DNA of 63,968 nucleotides, filler included, from Octopus bimaculoides (Eukaryota): assembly GCF_001194135.2 (NCBI RefSeq). It is 6 parts of 6 records of this genome, joined end to end, with 100 filler letters (N's around TTAATTAATTAA, not from the genome) between each part and the next. Parts side by side here need not be neighbours in the genome. Positions count along the whole stretch, not along the records: positions 57,036 to 62,626 come from NW_026386015.1; positions 62,727 to 63,968 come from NW_026328839.1; 4 more parts are not named here. One strand, given 5' to 3'. Within the stretch, counting starts at the first letter, position 1. Each line of letters opens with the position of its first letter. The notes under the pieces are model-generated. The model had not been told where the DNA came from. It was given only the letters and a program-made list of their open reading frames with translations, and did not search any database. The translations under genes and the position numbers were made by a program. Below, piece by piece: positions 60,668 through 63,968 of this stretch.

Positions 60668-61262
60668 ACTGTTGAGGCAAGTGAAATCGAAATCGAACCA
60701 AATTCGACAACTGGCACTCATGCCAACCTCTCCTTCATTGGACACTAAATTTGGCTTGCAAAGACCTGTTGGGGCAAGTGATTGAAGAAAATTTGATGAT
60801 TGGCACCTGTGCCAGTGGAGCGCTAAGAGCACCGTCCGAGTGTGATCATTGCCAGAACAGCAGTCTGGCTTCCGTGCCAGTGGCATGTAAATAGCACCAA
60901 CTGAGCGTGATCATTACCAGCGTCACCTTACTGGCACTTGTGGCGGTGGCACATGAAAAGACATTGAAGCGAGGTCATTGCCAGTGCTGCTGGACTGGCT
61001 CCTGTGCAGGTGACACGTAAAAAACACCACTTTGAGCGTGGCCATTGCCAGTACCACCTGACTGGCCCTAGTGCTGGTGGCACATAAAAGCATCTACTAC
61101 ACTCTCGGAGTGGTTGGCATTAGGAAGGGCATCCAGCTGTAGAAACTCTGCCAGATCAGATTGGAGCCTAGTGCAGCCATCTTGTTTGCCAGTCCTCAGT
61201 CAAATCGTCCAACCCATGCTAGCATAGAAGGTGGACATTAAATGATGATGATGATGATGATG
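60668..61262 (+). mobile_element. RTE 3' UTR inserted at the gypsy integrase
   Basis: Gypsy homology stops at VAVDIAG, followed by ctgttgaggcaagtgaaatc, subrepeats and a (GAT)n tail. Confidence 0.8.
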
Positions 61263-61507
61263 ATATGATATATAAATATATGTATATGTGATATATAAAT
61301 ATATGCGATATATCTATATATATCATATACATATATATGTGATATATCTATATATATCATTTACATATATATGTGTGATATATAAATATATGCGATATAT
61401 ATATCATTGATGAAAATCCACTGTCACATATAGAAAAATTAATAAGTAAAAGCACAAAAAATAAGTATAATATAATACAAAGTAAATTCATAAGATAAAG
61501 ATAATAA

Positions 61508-61625
61508 AACGACTACACATGTTTCATAACCAATTTTCAAATAGAAAGAAAATTTAAATTGATTAAAATCGATTAAAACTATCGAAAATCATTTCTATTC
61601 AAAAATATAGCTAATCTTCAGGTCA
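61508..61625 (-). ncRNA. Hammerhead-like motif with a very long stem II
   Basis: gac-CTGAAGA-(about 90-nt imperfect hairpin)-GAAAC-ATGT-GT-A-gtc: stem I gac/gtc, 2-bp stem III with palindromic ACAUGU, GUA triplet. Confidence 0.45.
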
Positions 61626-62626
61626 AAATACAACAACAATAATAATAAAAGAATGTATATATCAACCAACAATAAATAACAAATGAATGTATTTAAAATA
61701 TTAAGAAAAATATTATTAAAAATATCAAAATCATAAACATTCCATAAACAACCCTATGTCCATTATAATATAAGCTAACAGGAATATTATATGCAAAAAC
61801 CAACTTAATGAATTTTTCGTTTAAAATACAATTTGAATGAAGTTTTAGGTTAAAATAATAAAGATAGAATTAGCACATATCTAAATGATGCAATAGTTTA
61901 AGCTAAAAGATTTTAGACTAAAAACGTTTATTTAAAAGAAGTCTTAGTGAAAATATTGAAATAAAAATATGAATGAAAATATTATTATGAATGAAAGATT
62001 AAACTTTATATAACTTATGTCATAATAAAAAAACAATTAACGATATTGTATAATCAAAGAAATTAAATAAAAAGACTAGTTATTTATCACATAAAATAGA
62101 AAGAAATATTAAACAGTATTAATGTAAAAAATTCAACCCTAATCTAATCAAAGTCTTACTTTAGGCTGAGATGATAATCTTACTTCTAATTAATTTAGTG
62201 TTAAAAAAGGTATCGACTAAAATTATCATTAAAAATCAATTGAATAATATAAAAATACATATTTTTTTCAAACAATGATATAAAGTCAAAAACGATATTT
62301 ATCAATAAGCTGCTGCAGTTCAAACTAAAACATGGACGTTAAACTCAGAACTCGAGCGTTTATTAGAAAGAGGTCGCGTGAAAATACTACGTTAAGATAG
62401 AGAATAGAATGTAAAAACATGAATGAAAGAATTATTCATAAAATCATGAATGAAAGATTTAAACTTTATATAACTTACATCATAAAAAAACCCCAGCTCT
62501 ATGGTAAAAATTTTAGTATGATATATTAACTTGACATAGATATATATATATATATATATCATATATATATGATACTAAGAATAAGTCCTGGGGTCGATTT
62601 GCTCGACTAAAGGCGGTGCACCAGCA

Positions 62627-62726
62627 NNNNNNNNNNNNNNNNNNNNNNNNNNNNNNNNNNNNNNNNNNNNTTAATTAATTAANNNNNNNNNNNNNNNNNN
62701 NNNNNNNNNNNNNNNNNNNNNNNNNN
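62627..62726. other. Artificial scaffold linker
   Basis: Same structure. Confidence 0.97.
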
Positions 62727-62765
<39 letters not shown>

Positions 62766-63300
62766 TAAACTAACATAGGTGGCTAACCCATGAAATATTA
62801 AATATGCCCCTCATAATATCCATTGCATTTTGATAACCCAAAGTATTTCACATGTACAATTGGGAATCTCAGTCAGGTAGCATTTTCCTGTAACCCCTTT
62901 CTATTGCACCAAACACCCAATTCCCTTTAGGAATTTCCTGGAAACAAACTTCACTAGTTTTTATGTAGGTAATATGAAACTACAATATTTTACATGTTCA
63001 GCTGGTGCTAATTTATGTAATAATAGTCTTATTTTTTTCATTGTCTGTCCACGACTTGAAACTGTGATTAACACCTACATGGGTGATGTTTTTAATTCAT
63101 GTATTTATGAAAATATGGGATTTCATTGTCATCGTTTTCATTACAATTTACTTTCACTTTTTACAACACTAAACTGCATATTAACCCTGTCTAAAAGGAA
63201 AATGGCTGAAAAAACCCCAAAAAGAATTACTAATTTTTTATTAACACATTATTTCAATTATTTAAATTTTATATCTGTTCCGTTTTTGTGTTATTTAAAG

Positions 63301-63474
63301 AGTTGTCTTGCAATGGATCCAGTGCAGCGACTGACATGTGCTGAACTCTTAGAACATCATTATATGGCCTATTGTCGAGATATTTTTGAACGAGGAACAG
63401 ATTTTGATCAAAGGCGGAAGGAGATCAATGAGAAGTTGAAGCAAAAAAACATATCACGCATCAAACCAGTTCCA
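63301..63474 (+). CDS. Internal exon of a CDKL1/CDKL4-like (KKIALRE-type) cyclin-dependent kinase-like gene: subdomain XI and start of the C-terminal tail
   Basis: Acceptor gtttttgtgttatttaaag|AGT. Reads SCLAMDPVQRLTCAELLEHHYM..., then donor CCA|GTAAGT; 174 nt, phase 0/0. Resembles CDKL1 [22 protein letters not shown], which from recall also begins an exon at this point. No upstream kinase exons were found. Confidence 0.72.
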
Positions 63475-63559
63475 GTAAGTTCAACATCACTGTCATCACC
63501 ATCATCACAGTCATCATCATTATCATTATCATCATCATCATCTTTTCCGTCATTATTAT

Positions 63560-63937
63560 ATTCTTTTACTTGTTTCAGTCATTTGACTGTGGCCATGCTG
63601 GAGCACCGCCTTTAGTCGAGCAAATAGACCCCATGATTCATGCTTTGTAAGCCTAGTACTCATTCTACAGGTTACTTTTGCCGAACCGCTGAGTTATGGG
63701 GACGTAATCACACCAGCATCGGTTGTCAAACAATGTTGGGGAGACAAACACAGACACAAACATATGTACACACATATATACACTCATATATATACATGTA
63801 CGACGTACTCCTTTCAGTCTACCAAATTCATTCACAAGGCTCTGGTCGGCCGTTGGCTATAGCAGAAGAAATTTTCCGAAGGTGCCGCGCAGTGGGACTA
63901 AACCCGGGAAGCTACTTACCACACAGCTACACCTGCG

Positions 63938-63940
<3 letters not shown>
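63560..63940 (-). mobile_element. Type A SINE in the CDKL intron
   Basis: Reverse complement of the type A consensus. Its tail explains the end of ORF 62974..63615. Confidence 0.8.

Positions 63941-63968
<28 letters not shown>

Noticed and set aside
61400-62500. Mitochondrial insertion (NUMT)
   Set aside because: AT-rich and skewed, but I could not recognise any mt rRNA, tRNA or protein motif.
62974-63615. 213-aa ORF as a complete gene
   Set aside because: Only 63301-63474 is kinase-like and splice-bounded; the rest is intron, (TCA)n and SINE tail.

Overview
AT-rich, microsatellite-saturated eukaryotic genomic DNA. The repeat families point to Octopus or another cephalopod (inference). The window is not one contiguous locus: five identical artificial linkers (44 N + TTAATTAATTAA + 44 N) join six scaffolds (1-13363, 13464-25007, 25108-44720, 44821-56935, 57036-62626, 62727-end). 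Two host genes are supported. One is SLX1 (GIY-YIG + RING structure-specific endonuclease; four clean GT-AG exons on the minus strand, last exon unresolved). The other is one isolated exon of a CDKL1/4-like kinase. The rest is transposon debris: a dead Ty3/gypsy pol, two Tc1/mariner transposase relics, R4/Dong-type, Tx1/L1-type, RTE and Penelope-like fragments, tRNA-derived SINEs, and hAT, piggyBac-like and TA-target MITEs. The most interesting signal is a set of six hammerhead-ribozyme-like motifs in four unrelated repeat contexts. These are a tRNA-headed SINE-like element with a hammerhead tail, a Penelope 3' end, a three-copy family with a variant CUGUNGA core, and a hammerhead with an approximately 90-nt stem II. 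All structures were read by eye, every motif deviates from the canonical core, and catalytic activity is untested.
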